A stretch of DNA of 64,000 bases from Haliotis rubra (lineage: Eukaryota), in the NCBI RefSeq assembly GCF_003918875.1, contig NW_025767403.1:186001-250000 (forward strand), written 5' to 3'. Below, in pieces: positions 38,901-50,900 of this stretch. The notes under the pieces were generated by a model. It was not told the origin of the DNA, did not search any database, and was given only the letters and a program-made list of their open reading frames with translations. The number at the start of each line of letters is the position of its first letter. The stretch's first letter is position 1. The position numbers and the translations under genes were made by a program.

Positions 38901-41900
38901 AATCTCGAGAAATCAGAGTTTAAACGATTTACTAAAAAAAAAACAGCTGGGGTGAAAAGTGGTTGCAACAGCTGTGCTGCACTGCGCACATAGCGCATGC
39001 GCAATGAATAGGTTCGTACGGCTTGAGGGCCCAGAGCGTATCGGCAAATGAACCAGCCAATGAAAGCGTTCATTACACTTAAGTGTACGCCCACCTGCTC
39101 TGACTGTATTTGGTATCCCGGGTGCCTCATTTTGAGGGTAGTAAACCCAAGTACAAAATATTGCTCTTTTGATTTGCGATTGTATGCTTATAATTTTGTT
39201 TATTTATTTTTTTCATAATCAGCAATGCATATCATATGTCATGAATAAATGATAATTGTGTTTTAATTATGTTTATTTTGTTGGTTGCATCTAAGCTTTA
39301 ACTTTAAGCATACAGCTTAACATTAGCTAAGGACTAAAATAATCACCTTGTCTAGTCAAATGTGTGATGTAGAGAAAATGTGAGTGGTATATACTCACAA
39401 TGAATACTTATCATCCCAGGTTGGAAAGTTTTGCTGCAGATTTGAGGCTAATATTGGCATCTGGGAATGTTTAGATATATCCCTGCTCCATTTTAGACAT
39501 AGACTGGATTACAGTTGGTTGCTTGGACTCGGATACTCAACAGTTCAAATTGCACATTGAACATATGATCTTTGTTTGTTGTTTAATGCTGCACTCCACT
39601 ATTCCAGCTATATGACTAGAGTCTATAAATAATCTAGACCAGACAATCGAGTGATTGACGTCACAAGCATCTCTCTGGGATCCAATGACATTTATCAGTA
39701 AAGTCAGCGATGGTGACATATTTGTCTCTTTTAAGTATATTATTTCAGTGTCCATTTTTTTATATCTATCACATAAAACCCTGTAGTGCTCTGTGGGCAG
39801 TGTGGATCCAGACATTTTGTTTCATGCATGTTACCATGGTTACACTAATGTTTATTTTCCTCCTGCAGGATTTGGGGAAGATGGCAGCAGTCCCATCAGC
39901 ATGAACGGAGATCTGGAAGATGACCAACAACTCTGGATACACGCTCCAGAGGACTCCTCCAAGTAAGCAGCAACACATTTGTACTCTTGCAGCACATTCT
40001 GTTTATTTCCTGTGTGGAATTTCCTTATCTGAAAGTAGGGGTGGTGGGTAGATGTAGTGGTTCAAGTTTTCGCTCGTCAAGCCGAAGACCCAAGTTTGAT
40101 TCCCCAAATGGGTACAATGTGTGAAGTCCTTTTTTGGTATCCCTCATCGTGAAATTGCTGGAATATTGATAAAAGTGACGTATAAAACAATACTCTCATA
40201 TCTGAAGGTTTAGGAAAAGATTCAACAGAAAGCGCTTTGCAGGGCTAACTGGTGGCTGTTCTATTGATGTGTCTGTCCCCTCGTTAAAGGCGAACATTAC
40301 CAGAAAAACAAATGATAACAGTTTGATGACGGTTTACGTTCGGATTAAATATCTTCTCTGAATTATTTTAATTACATCTGTCATTAACGTAAACCATATG
40401 TGGCAATATGAACGACGCATTTCTACTACCAACGTAAGTTTAGATCAGTACATCCAGATAAAGCTGAATAGTCAAGCGTCATTCCACGATTGCATTCTGG
40501 GAATGTAAACATTGCGAAGGTTACCGTGTCTGAAAATTTGTGAGTTGAATTGACACATTTTAACTGTCGTAAAACATAAACGTAATGTTTCTACCAGTGA
40601 TGTTAGCTGCGTGAAGCAACTGCAAACCAAGAAACGGGATGCAACGGAGTAGTTTACTGTAGGAGGCCATACGAGGCGATGACAACTGACATGTATCGTG
40701 ACGTCGCTTACATTGTGACGTAATGTAAAATGCTTTGATTACGAGGGGCACACTAGAATGGCGCAGTGACGGGATAACGTCATTCAATTGTTACGTCATC
40801 AAAAAACTATACCTTTATTGTCTCATAATGTTGGGTTTTTTTTTTGTTCTAACCGTTAGGCAACTTAGAAGGTGATTTAAATTCTTTAAAATGTTTTCTT
40901 ATGTTTGCATTTGTTGTATTTTGCAGTGTTTTGCTTTATTCTTCTCCTAAGATGTGTGTAATGGTGGATCTACATTTACACTTGCATATGTTGCACTTTA
41001 AGAATGTTTATAACTTTGTGGTCATTTTATTAGTGTTTCCGGTTGTTACACAAAGTTCTGACCACATCCCATTACGGGTCATGTCAGACCAATATCGGGC
41101 AACTTTTGACCAACCAGTAAAATAACTGACACAAGAAGTGAACACTAGGAAATCGGGAAGCAGCTTTCACAAGCTTTATGACAAGTTTCAAATATTCAAC
41201 TTCTATACCCTACAACGCTTAAAAAAATCCATTCAAAAATTGGAAAAACCCTGGAAGATCTGGGTTTAGAATTGGTTTTAAGAGGACAAACGGGATAAGG
41301 TGGTGAATGATTCTGGTTGGATATATCAGCTGTATAGGATATAGCGGGAATATTATAGACATTGTCTTTTAACTACATTCAAGAGTGAAGTGGTAGCAGC
41401 CATAGTGTGGTTTGTGTTGTCCAGATTGTTTGCATGTATATTTACTGGGCCAGGGATAGTGCTGCAGTATCCATTACCATGTCTAGCACTTTAACTATGT
41501 TCAGTCACATACAGCAGGTCAGCCAAGTGGTTAAAATTTCATTTCACATTGGCAGCACCAAAGCGTGTCTCCCTCTGTGATAGTTCTTGAATATTGCTCC
41601 AAAGCTGGGACTTATCACTCACTAAAGCACTCACTCCATTTCTTGAATATTGCTAAAGGGGACTCACTCACTCACTCACTCACTCACACTAACAACGGCG
41701 TTATTTATGTTGTCAGCTTGGAGGAGAAGGATCGGAAACGTCTCAGTCACAATGTCCTGGAGAGACGTCGCAAAGACAAGATCAAGCGCTGGGTGGTGGC
41801 GATCAAAGAACTTCTGCCCAAGTTCAGTCTGGGAATGGAGAAGCTGGTATGTCACCATGTATATCGAACGGCTCAAAACATTGATACAACATGATGGTGA

Positions 41901-44900
41901 TGTGTGAAAAAAAGAATGGAAATCAAGGGGTCCATTACACAACCATAATGTTTAACATTTAGGATGTGGATGTGGTGTAATTGAAGCAAAAATTGGATAT
42001 TATTTACAGACCGGTGCCATAAAGCTGGAATATTGCTGAGTGTGACGTTAAACAACAATCATTGTGATGTAACAAACTGTATGCAGAGTTTTACATCAGT
42101 GTTCCACGAAGGGTGTTTCAAAGTAACAGGACATTGGGTCCTGTAAGCTTCAGATGTCTGTCTGACCCACTGAAAATTCACAGGACCCATAGAATAAAAT
42201 TTAAACACACATTTCAGATTAAACATTTCTTATAATTGGCATTGAAATTATTAACAAACATAAGATTTATAAATAGCCAACAAGTGTCACATGTCCCATA
42301 TAGCAACTTCAGTCAAAGTCATTGTAAAATATGCAGTCAGACACTGGGGCCGCAGGTTGTACACTTCTGTCGGACTGTTTGCTTGAATCTGCCAGATTTG
42401 TCAGAGGGTCAGGCGCTATTAAGTCAACACTGTTTACATGACGAAAAGTGATTCCTGCGTATTTGACGTAAACAATTTTGTTAATCGACACAAGTTTTAT
42501 AGGTGGCCCTCACAATTCAGTTCAATAAATTTGATTTGATAAGCAAAAATGATAATGTTCAATGATAGCTTGACTTTTACTGAAGCTGTCAGATTGTTCC
42601 AGAGAACTCAGAGGAGACAGTAATCCTGGCTGTTTGAATTGAACAATGCTGTAGTTTTATTTGGTGGTGTGACATACACAGTCATATACTGAGAATGATA
42701 AACACAAAGAAGTATTAAATTTTCATGACTCCCAAATATTGAAAATGACTCCCAAAAGTAGATATTGTGAGTCACCATGACTCCCATTTTGAAAGTCTGT
42801 GTAAAACCCTGTGTATATATTCACAATACAGGAGTTGAATATTAATGTATGGTGTCATGAGCCTCAGATCATTATACAAAACTAGTGTGGTGTAGGGGTG
42901 AAACAGTACGCTCTTACCATGGTATGGTACATATTGGGGTACAAACGCCGGCGATTCTGTCCGTTCAGTATATGAGAACTTACTTCCAGGAAAATATCGT
43001 TCGTCTAGCAAAGCAATGCATGCGTTTTGACAAAATGATTTGATTTCTAGACATTTTTAAAAGGTTTAAAAGGGTTATTAATAAAATGATGGTACAAAAA
43101 ACAGAAATACCGAATTTTTGGATTGCATGACGGTATACAGAGCCAAAGGCAAAATACCATGGTATACCATTTCACCTCTAGTTTGGTGTGTCCTGAGTAG
43201 GCTCCTATGGTCAGTCACTTAATATATTGATTAATGACTATGAAAGTATAACTCCAAGGTTACACTGTAAGCTGCTACTGTTCATGATTCTGACTATGCA
43301 AGTTCACGCCGAAGACCCGGGTTCGAATCCCCACATGGGCACAATGTGTGAAGCCCATTTCTGGTGTCCCCCGCCGTGATGTTGCTGGAATATTGCTAAA
43401 AGCGGCGTAAAACCAAACTCAGTCAGTCAGACTATGCAAGTATTCCATCTGACTTTCATATGCTTGAGTAAAGATAAAGATTCAGTGTATTCAAAATCAG
43501 GTGTTTTTTTCGTGTATCTGGATACTTTTTTGTAAGGGTTCCAGTAAGACACTCCCCATCTGCCATTTTGTTCCCAGCAGGTACCATAGTAGGGTCACAA
43601 TCGTGCAGTTTGTCTATCCATATTGAATAACTTTTAGTATGCTTCGTACAGTGAGATTACAGTAGAAAAATTATCTGGAGACGTTATACAATGGAGCACC
43701 TGTGTTTCCATGGTTACAGAGTCATGGGGACATCATGGAGAAGGCATGCTCGTACATCAAGGAGTTACAAGATAAGAATGAGAAGTTGCTGCAGGACTGT
43801 GGTGGTGAAGTGCAAGGTAGGGTCAGAGCTGGTGAACAGCGACCATGATCGCTACAATTTCAAACTGACTCAGGCAAAATCAGTAAAAAACGTTTTTGCC
43901 AGAACTTTGGAGTCAGAGATATTCTGATAGGCCACTGATAGGCTTATAAGGTAACTAAATCTAATTATAAAAGCTGAATTGGGAAATCTATACAATTTGA
44001 GAATTATAAATGACAATTTGTTGATGTAGACTTTGTGTTGAACGTAAGAGATGTTTTCTGTAATGGCTGGATAAATCAGTGTGTTTCTCCTGTACCTACA
44101 GCACATGCACACCCACACACACCACCCCCACACGCACACCATCCATACCCACACACCTCACACCCCACACACACACACCACCTACATCCAACCCACACAC
44201 CTCACACCCATACACCACCCACACCACACCCCTCCATCCACATCCACACCCACACACACCCATCCACACCCACACACACCCCATACCACACACCCTCACA
44301 ACACACCACCCACACACCACACCTACACACCACACCATCCACACACCCACATCATCCACCACCCATCCACACCAACACACCACCCCCATAGACACCCACA
44401 CACCACACACCACCCACACCCACATCCACATCTATACTCACATCCAGACCTCTCCAAACCTACATCTAACTTCAACATATTTTTATTTTGTTTGATCCAT
44501 CATGAATCAATCCCAAAACCTAGCATGGTTGTCTGTTTAAGCTGAAGAGATTGAGAAGCTGAAGAAGGAGCTGACCGATGTATACGCTGAGAGAGACAGG
44601 CTACTTGAAATCATCAGAAATGCAGGTGAGATCATTGGTCATCTTGACTGTTCGGAATGACTTCATGGGCCAGGACCAATCACCCACCTATTTATTTCTC
44701 CTAAATGACCGATAGGTGTTTCATTTTCACGTTGATTCCATTGACCAATACCTGATCATCTCTTATTACCACTGAAAACAACGGGCAGAAATTCTTCCAT
44801 ACTAAGTTCGATGAATCTGAAATACTGACTCACTGTCATATAACGGAAATACAGAGGTGCTGTAATGTAAATTATATACTGGCAAGTCGGAATATTACTG

Positions 44901-47900
44901 AAATACTGACTTGTCGGGATGTAACTGCAATACTGACTTGTCGGGATGTAACTGAATACTGACACTCCTTGATAAAATAGGATGAAATAATATATGTGAA
45001 TAGGATATAGATGAGTCAAAAGTAGACACCCAGTTCATTCATATTCTTTCAGTCAAGACTCGATTATTTACAGACTGCCGCCATATAGCTGGAATATTGC
45101 TGAGTGCGGCGTAAAACTCAACTCACTCCCTCCCCCTTTCAGTCATAATGTGACATATTAACTGAAGTGATATAAAAGAGTCGAGTTATCTCGACATTAT
45201 TTTAATGGTGTATTATTGGGTGTATGCTGTCTCAATACAATACAAACAACTGTCATCAACTCCCAATCTAATTTTGTTCTAGGTCTGTCAGCAATGCAGG
45301 ACCCATCCTACCAGTGGAAGTCCCGCAACCAGAGCAAGCCAGACAGTACAGCCACATCCATGGACTGTGAACCCAGCTGCTCATCCGTGCCAAGCGACAC
45401 CTCCGTCGCTGACATCAGTTCCTCCTCCTCGTCCTCCCAGAAAGAAGACGAGTCCAAACTGGCCAAGAACAAGAGGAAGAACACAGTGAGCTTCCAGCTG
45501 GAACAGACCAAGATACAGCAGCAGCAGCTGCAGGAGGCAGCAGCAGCTCAGGCGATGGCAGGAGCGATGTTTGGACCAGGCTTCATGGGCAATGGAGGAA
45601 TGCCTCTCATGAACCAGATGTTCTCAGGACTTGGGCAGCAGGTGCTTGCCAACCAGAACCTGCTGATGAACTCTGGATTTGCTAATCCTGGAGCTGTTGT
45701 GATGAATGGGAATGGACAGATGATTCTACCCATGTCTTCGGCAGGAACTGGTGCTGGTGTTGGCAGCAGTGTTCAGCCACCAGGGATGATATTTCAAGGG
45801 GACAGAAACATGGCCTCTAATGGGTTAGGGTTGTTGCAACTTGCCATGCAAGATGCTGGAATTGGGCCAGCCCAGTCGGACAATTCACGCCAACCCAGTC
45901 CTGTTGGTTCCACGTCATCGGATGTCCTCAACCAATCAAAGCCTGTGTCGGCAAGCTCGTCCGGTAGTGACACTCCAAATTCAGTGTCAGGTTCCACAGA
46001 TGATATCAATTCTGCTTCAGCCTTACAGACATTGGCCTCCGTGGCCTCTAATACTCAGAGTGCTGCGGTGTGCTCAGTGATGTCAGGGATGCCTCAAGCA
46101 CCTGCCTCCGTGGTCAGTCAGACCTCAGTGGGCATCACCAACACATCTGCAGTCAATTCTGTCATGTCCATCAGTCAGCAGCCCAACTATTCACAGTTGA
46201 TGCAGCAAGGGAACATGGTTGTAAATATGCCCATCATGAACCCTGGTCAACCTAGTGCTCCAGGCATGTTTCAGAATGGTGCTTTAGGGGGATATGGGAT
46301 GGGGAACTTTGTGATAAACCAGAACGGTCAAATGATAGTGATAAATGAACAAGGCATGCCTGTAATGCCGAGCATGCAGCCCAGCGACCAACAGCAGCCA
46401 CAGCCGCCACCACAGCAATTGTTACCGCAATCACAACAGCCTGTTCCAACAAGCAAACCTGCCGAGAAGTCAAAAAGTTCTAAGAAATCAAAATCAAGCA
46501 CCTCCGTATCAAACAGTGCCTCTGTAATATTACCAAGTGCTCAAGAACAAACCGATGCTGGTGCTATGAACATTTCCTTAGTGTCCAGTAAGTCGGAACC
46601 GATTGTCAATAGTGCTAATACAATAACAGTGACTGCCTCCCAAACCCAGCCATCAGTCATGCCCCCTAACCTGTCCCAGCAGCAGAACCCCATGACAATG
46701 TTTGCCCAACAGAACCCCATGTTACAACCCCAAGGAATCCAGCCCATGACACTCCAAGGCCAACCCCAGGTGTCCCTGCCCTCTGGCCAGAACGTATACC
46801 AACAACAACTGAACGGCCAACTGGCCATGAACCAACAAGTCGTCCAGAACCCAGGTCTGGCTATGCCGGTCAGCCAGAACGGGAATCTGTTAACCTTGAA
46901 CACCATGCCCAGCCAGCCCAATCAGCTCCCAACTGCTCTCATCCTTCCTAACGGTCAAATAATCCCTGTAGTGACCAATGCCCAGACCGTGAATCCACAA
47001 GCTCAGTCGATGAATGGAAATGTGCAAGTTCTGTCCAATCCAGGAGCTCCTTCCTTTCAGTATCCGCCTCAGATGCAGCCGCGGCCTGCAGTGCCCAATA
47101 CAGTGTTGGGGATCGATCCTAACAACCCAACAGCTGGGACTCAAATGATAATCGGGCCTAATGGACAAATTCAGCAGAATCCTCAGCAACAGCTTCAACA
47201 ACAGCAACAGCTTCTGCAACAGCAACTTCAGCTCCAGCTCCAGCAACAACAACAACAGAGCCTTCAGCAACAAAACATGGGCTTGCTTCTAACCACAACT
47301 GCGTCATCTCAGGTCGCCCAGACTCCAGTCTACAATTGTGCGACTTTAAGCACAAGTGTCGTTCCCACGTCTTCAACCCAGAGTGTAATGAGCACACAAG
47401 TGCAAGCCTCGGCCACAGCGTCTAATGTTGTACAGACTGCAAACTCCTTGTCTAATCCTCAAGAAGTTGTGTCTAACACTTGCAGTGTAATGAGTGGGCA
47501 GGAGTTTGAGTCTGGAAGTAAAAGTAGCAGTGATACAGTGAAGTCCTTGACCTCCTCAGTGCCGCCCATTGCTCCTGCTGGTGTAGCTAGTACCGTCGCC
47601 ACTCCGCAAGGTCTCGTTCTGAACCAGTCCCAAACTGGGCCACAAGCTCCTGTACTGCTGTCAGTACCTATGAACGGCCAGCAGATGAACGTCTTGATAG
47701 ATCCTGTAACAATGCAGGTGCTTGCAACTGTGGCTCCAAACCAAAATCAGGCTGCTCCAGCAACAACAGCTCCTCCAGCCACCACAACTACTTCAACACC
47801 TCCATCTTCAACGGGGAAGAAATCGGGGAAGAAAAATCAAAGAGCTATTTTCCCCAAACCATCCAGCACCTCAAGCAAAGTTACTTCAACAGCCTTACCC

Positions 47901-50900
47901 ACAGAAACTGTTGCTCCACCCCCCCTTGACTTCAGCCTCACCACTGCCAAGCGCACCACCTTCCCTCCCGGAAGGTTCCATGTCCCAGGCAACCATGGCA
48001 GTGACAAGTACAACCTTCTCCGAATCAAAGACTAATTTCTCCAGCACAAGCACAGAGGCATCAACAACGTCTGTGAGTGCTGCAGAGGCTGCTGCTGCTG
48101 CTGCCACGGACATCCTAGCCACGGCTGTGTGTCAATCCATCTTCTACCCCTCCCCCTCCGAGATCTCTCCTGGTCCTAGTTTTTACAATCCTGCAAATGA
48201 GGACAATCCTCTCCACATTGACACCAGTGTAGGGGATGGAGACGAGGACAGCAGTACCGTCTCCCCTGTCAAGGCAACTCATGACCCACAAAGCACCCCC
48301 AACAAGGACACAGAGATGGCCCCGCCCCAAGTTGTGGTGCCCCCCAGTGCAGAAGGTTAGTATTCTTACGTGAATTACTAAAATTTTACAGAGACTTAGA
48401 GCTTTTACGATCCGGGTTAGAATTGGTATTTAGCAACCCATGCTTGTCTGATACAGGTCTGAGACAGGGTAGAATACACAGATCAGGTGCGGGGGGTACA
48501 ATACGATGAGGTCAGGATACGATACATATCCCGATAATATAGTTATGGTACAATGCATATTACTATACAGTACTTTCTTCTCATCATGTTGCGTGAAGCT
48601 CATTTCTGGTGTCCCCCGGCGTGATATTGCTGGAATATTGCTAAAAGCGGCGTAAAACCAAACTCACTCACTCACTCACTCTTCTCATCATGTTCACCGC
48701 CTCCGTGGTGTAGTTGTTAGAGCGTCCGCCCGAAGTGCGGAAGGTCGCGGGTTCGATCCCTGACCGCGTCATACCAAAAGACGTTAAAATATGGTACTTG
48801 TTGGTCCCTGCCTGGCGCTCGGCATTAATGGGTACAACAAGGACTGGTCGGCTCGGAGTCAGTATAATGTGTCTGAGTGGGGTATTCATGCTTCACTGCG
48901 GCATGGTATCTCAGTGGGCTAGCACTATAAAACCAGCTTTAGTCTGGGCTAGTACAAGCAGCCGCACATACACATACACACGCATGCACGTCGTCATATG
49001 AGCGAAATATTCTCAAGCACGACGTTAAACCCAATTCCACCACCATCTCATCATGTTCTCTCCCTTTTTAAAGACCGACTCCATGGTGTAGTGGTTAGAG
49101 CGTCCGCCTGGAGAGCGGAAGGTCGCGGGTTCGATCCCCGACCGCGTCATACCAAAAGACGTTAAAATATGGTACTTGTTGGTCCCTGCCTGGCGCTCGG
49201 CATTAATGAGTCCAATACAGTACTTTCATCTCATCGTGTTCTCTCCCTTTTTAAAGGGGAATGACGATCCTGAATCATTTGTTTTCAAACAGCAAAAATG
49301 GGATATTGTAGGGGAATCTGTATAGACTTAAAAATTGAAAAGGTTCTGTACCTTTCTTACATGCTTTTACATCATAATATCTTATTATATGAAGATGCAG
49401 GTTAAAATTGGTCTTCAGCAACCCATGCCTTTCGTAAGAGGTGACTATTGGGATCGGGGGGTCAGGCTCATCATATCCCAATGGATAAAATCAGTCAATG
49501 CTCATGCTGTTGATCACTGGATTGTCCGATCCACCTGACAGATGAACGTCGCCATATAGCATGAATATTGCTGAGTGCGGTGTTAAACAAGAAACCATCC
49601 AATCAAGTAACTGATAGGAGAGTTATTATGATGCCGCTTCCAAAACAAAACTTGGTGGCAAATGTATACATGGTCATCATAGTTGGTTTGTTTTTTAAAG
49701 CCGCACTCAGCAGTATTACAGCTATATTACATGGCGGCATTCTGTAAATAACCAAGTCAGGACCATAAAATCTAGTGATCAACAGCATGAGCATTGATCA
49801 GGGGTGGAAATAACCCTTTGCCCGACGTCCAAGTCCAGTGTTTTATTCTGTCAGGCAAGCAAATTTGTATATCACACTGTACTGGTGTCCAGTTGACTTT
49901 CCAATGTTAATTATGTTGTTTATTTAAAAAAATCAACAAGAAAACGTCTGGTATAGTGGAAAAATTATCAGGGCAAGTGATTTTACATGTGCCACTGTTC
50001 CGGAGTACACTAGCAATTTTAAAGTTATTTCCACCCCTGATTGCTCTACGTAGTTGGGATATGATGACATGTATCAACCAAGTCGCCTCTTTCGACAAGC
50101 ATGGGTGGCTGAAGAACAATTCTAGCCCGGATCTTCATGGGTTTGGCGTGATAACATGGCAGTAGATTACACTCGCCGATCAAGGATGCTATTGGTAATG
50201 TTACCACTACTTCACTAACTTTCCCTTTTGTTTCAGCCACCAGAGGTGCCCCCCGTGGTGCCTCCTGCACAGCCCCCTGCACAGCCCCCTGCACAGCCCC
50301 CAGCTCAATCCCCAGTGTTGCCTCCACCAACACCCCCAGCCCCAGAACAGGTCACCTCAACTCCAACCAAAAAGGGCAAGTCAAAATCAAAATCTAAGAA
50401 CAAGAGCACAACCTCAGAAACAGGCAAATCGGAATCCAAAAAGTCATCCAGCAAGAAAAAGAAGCAAGCGGCCCAACCACCACCACCTCCACCTCCACCT
50501 CCTCCCCACCACCACCTACACCACCAGTTAACACAGAACCAGAACCTAAGGTTGTGAATTTGCCAGACACTATTGAATTCAGTGTAAGCCAGATATCGGA
50601 TGTGCTGGACCAGGTTGAAAGCTTTGGTGCGCCGGTAGAACCAGTGAAGAAGAAGAGCAGGAAAGGTAAATCTGATGCTGAGAGTGGTGAACCTGCCAAT
50701 AAAAAACGGAAAAAGAACTCTGCTAAAGAGAAGGAGAAAGTGCCCGTCTCCCAACCTCAGAGTAACAAGGCATTGTCAGTCTTTGACTTTGATGAAGACA
50801 GTCCTCCTGAAGTGTCTCCAACTAGACGAAGTCTTGGTCCTCTCCATAATCAGAACTCTCTTCCTGTGTCTGTGCCTACCCCCTCACGTCCTGCCCCACC

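Noticed and set aside
44035-44545. His/Thr/Pro-rich ORFs
   Set aside because: Translation of a CA-rich low-complexity intronic tract
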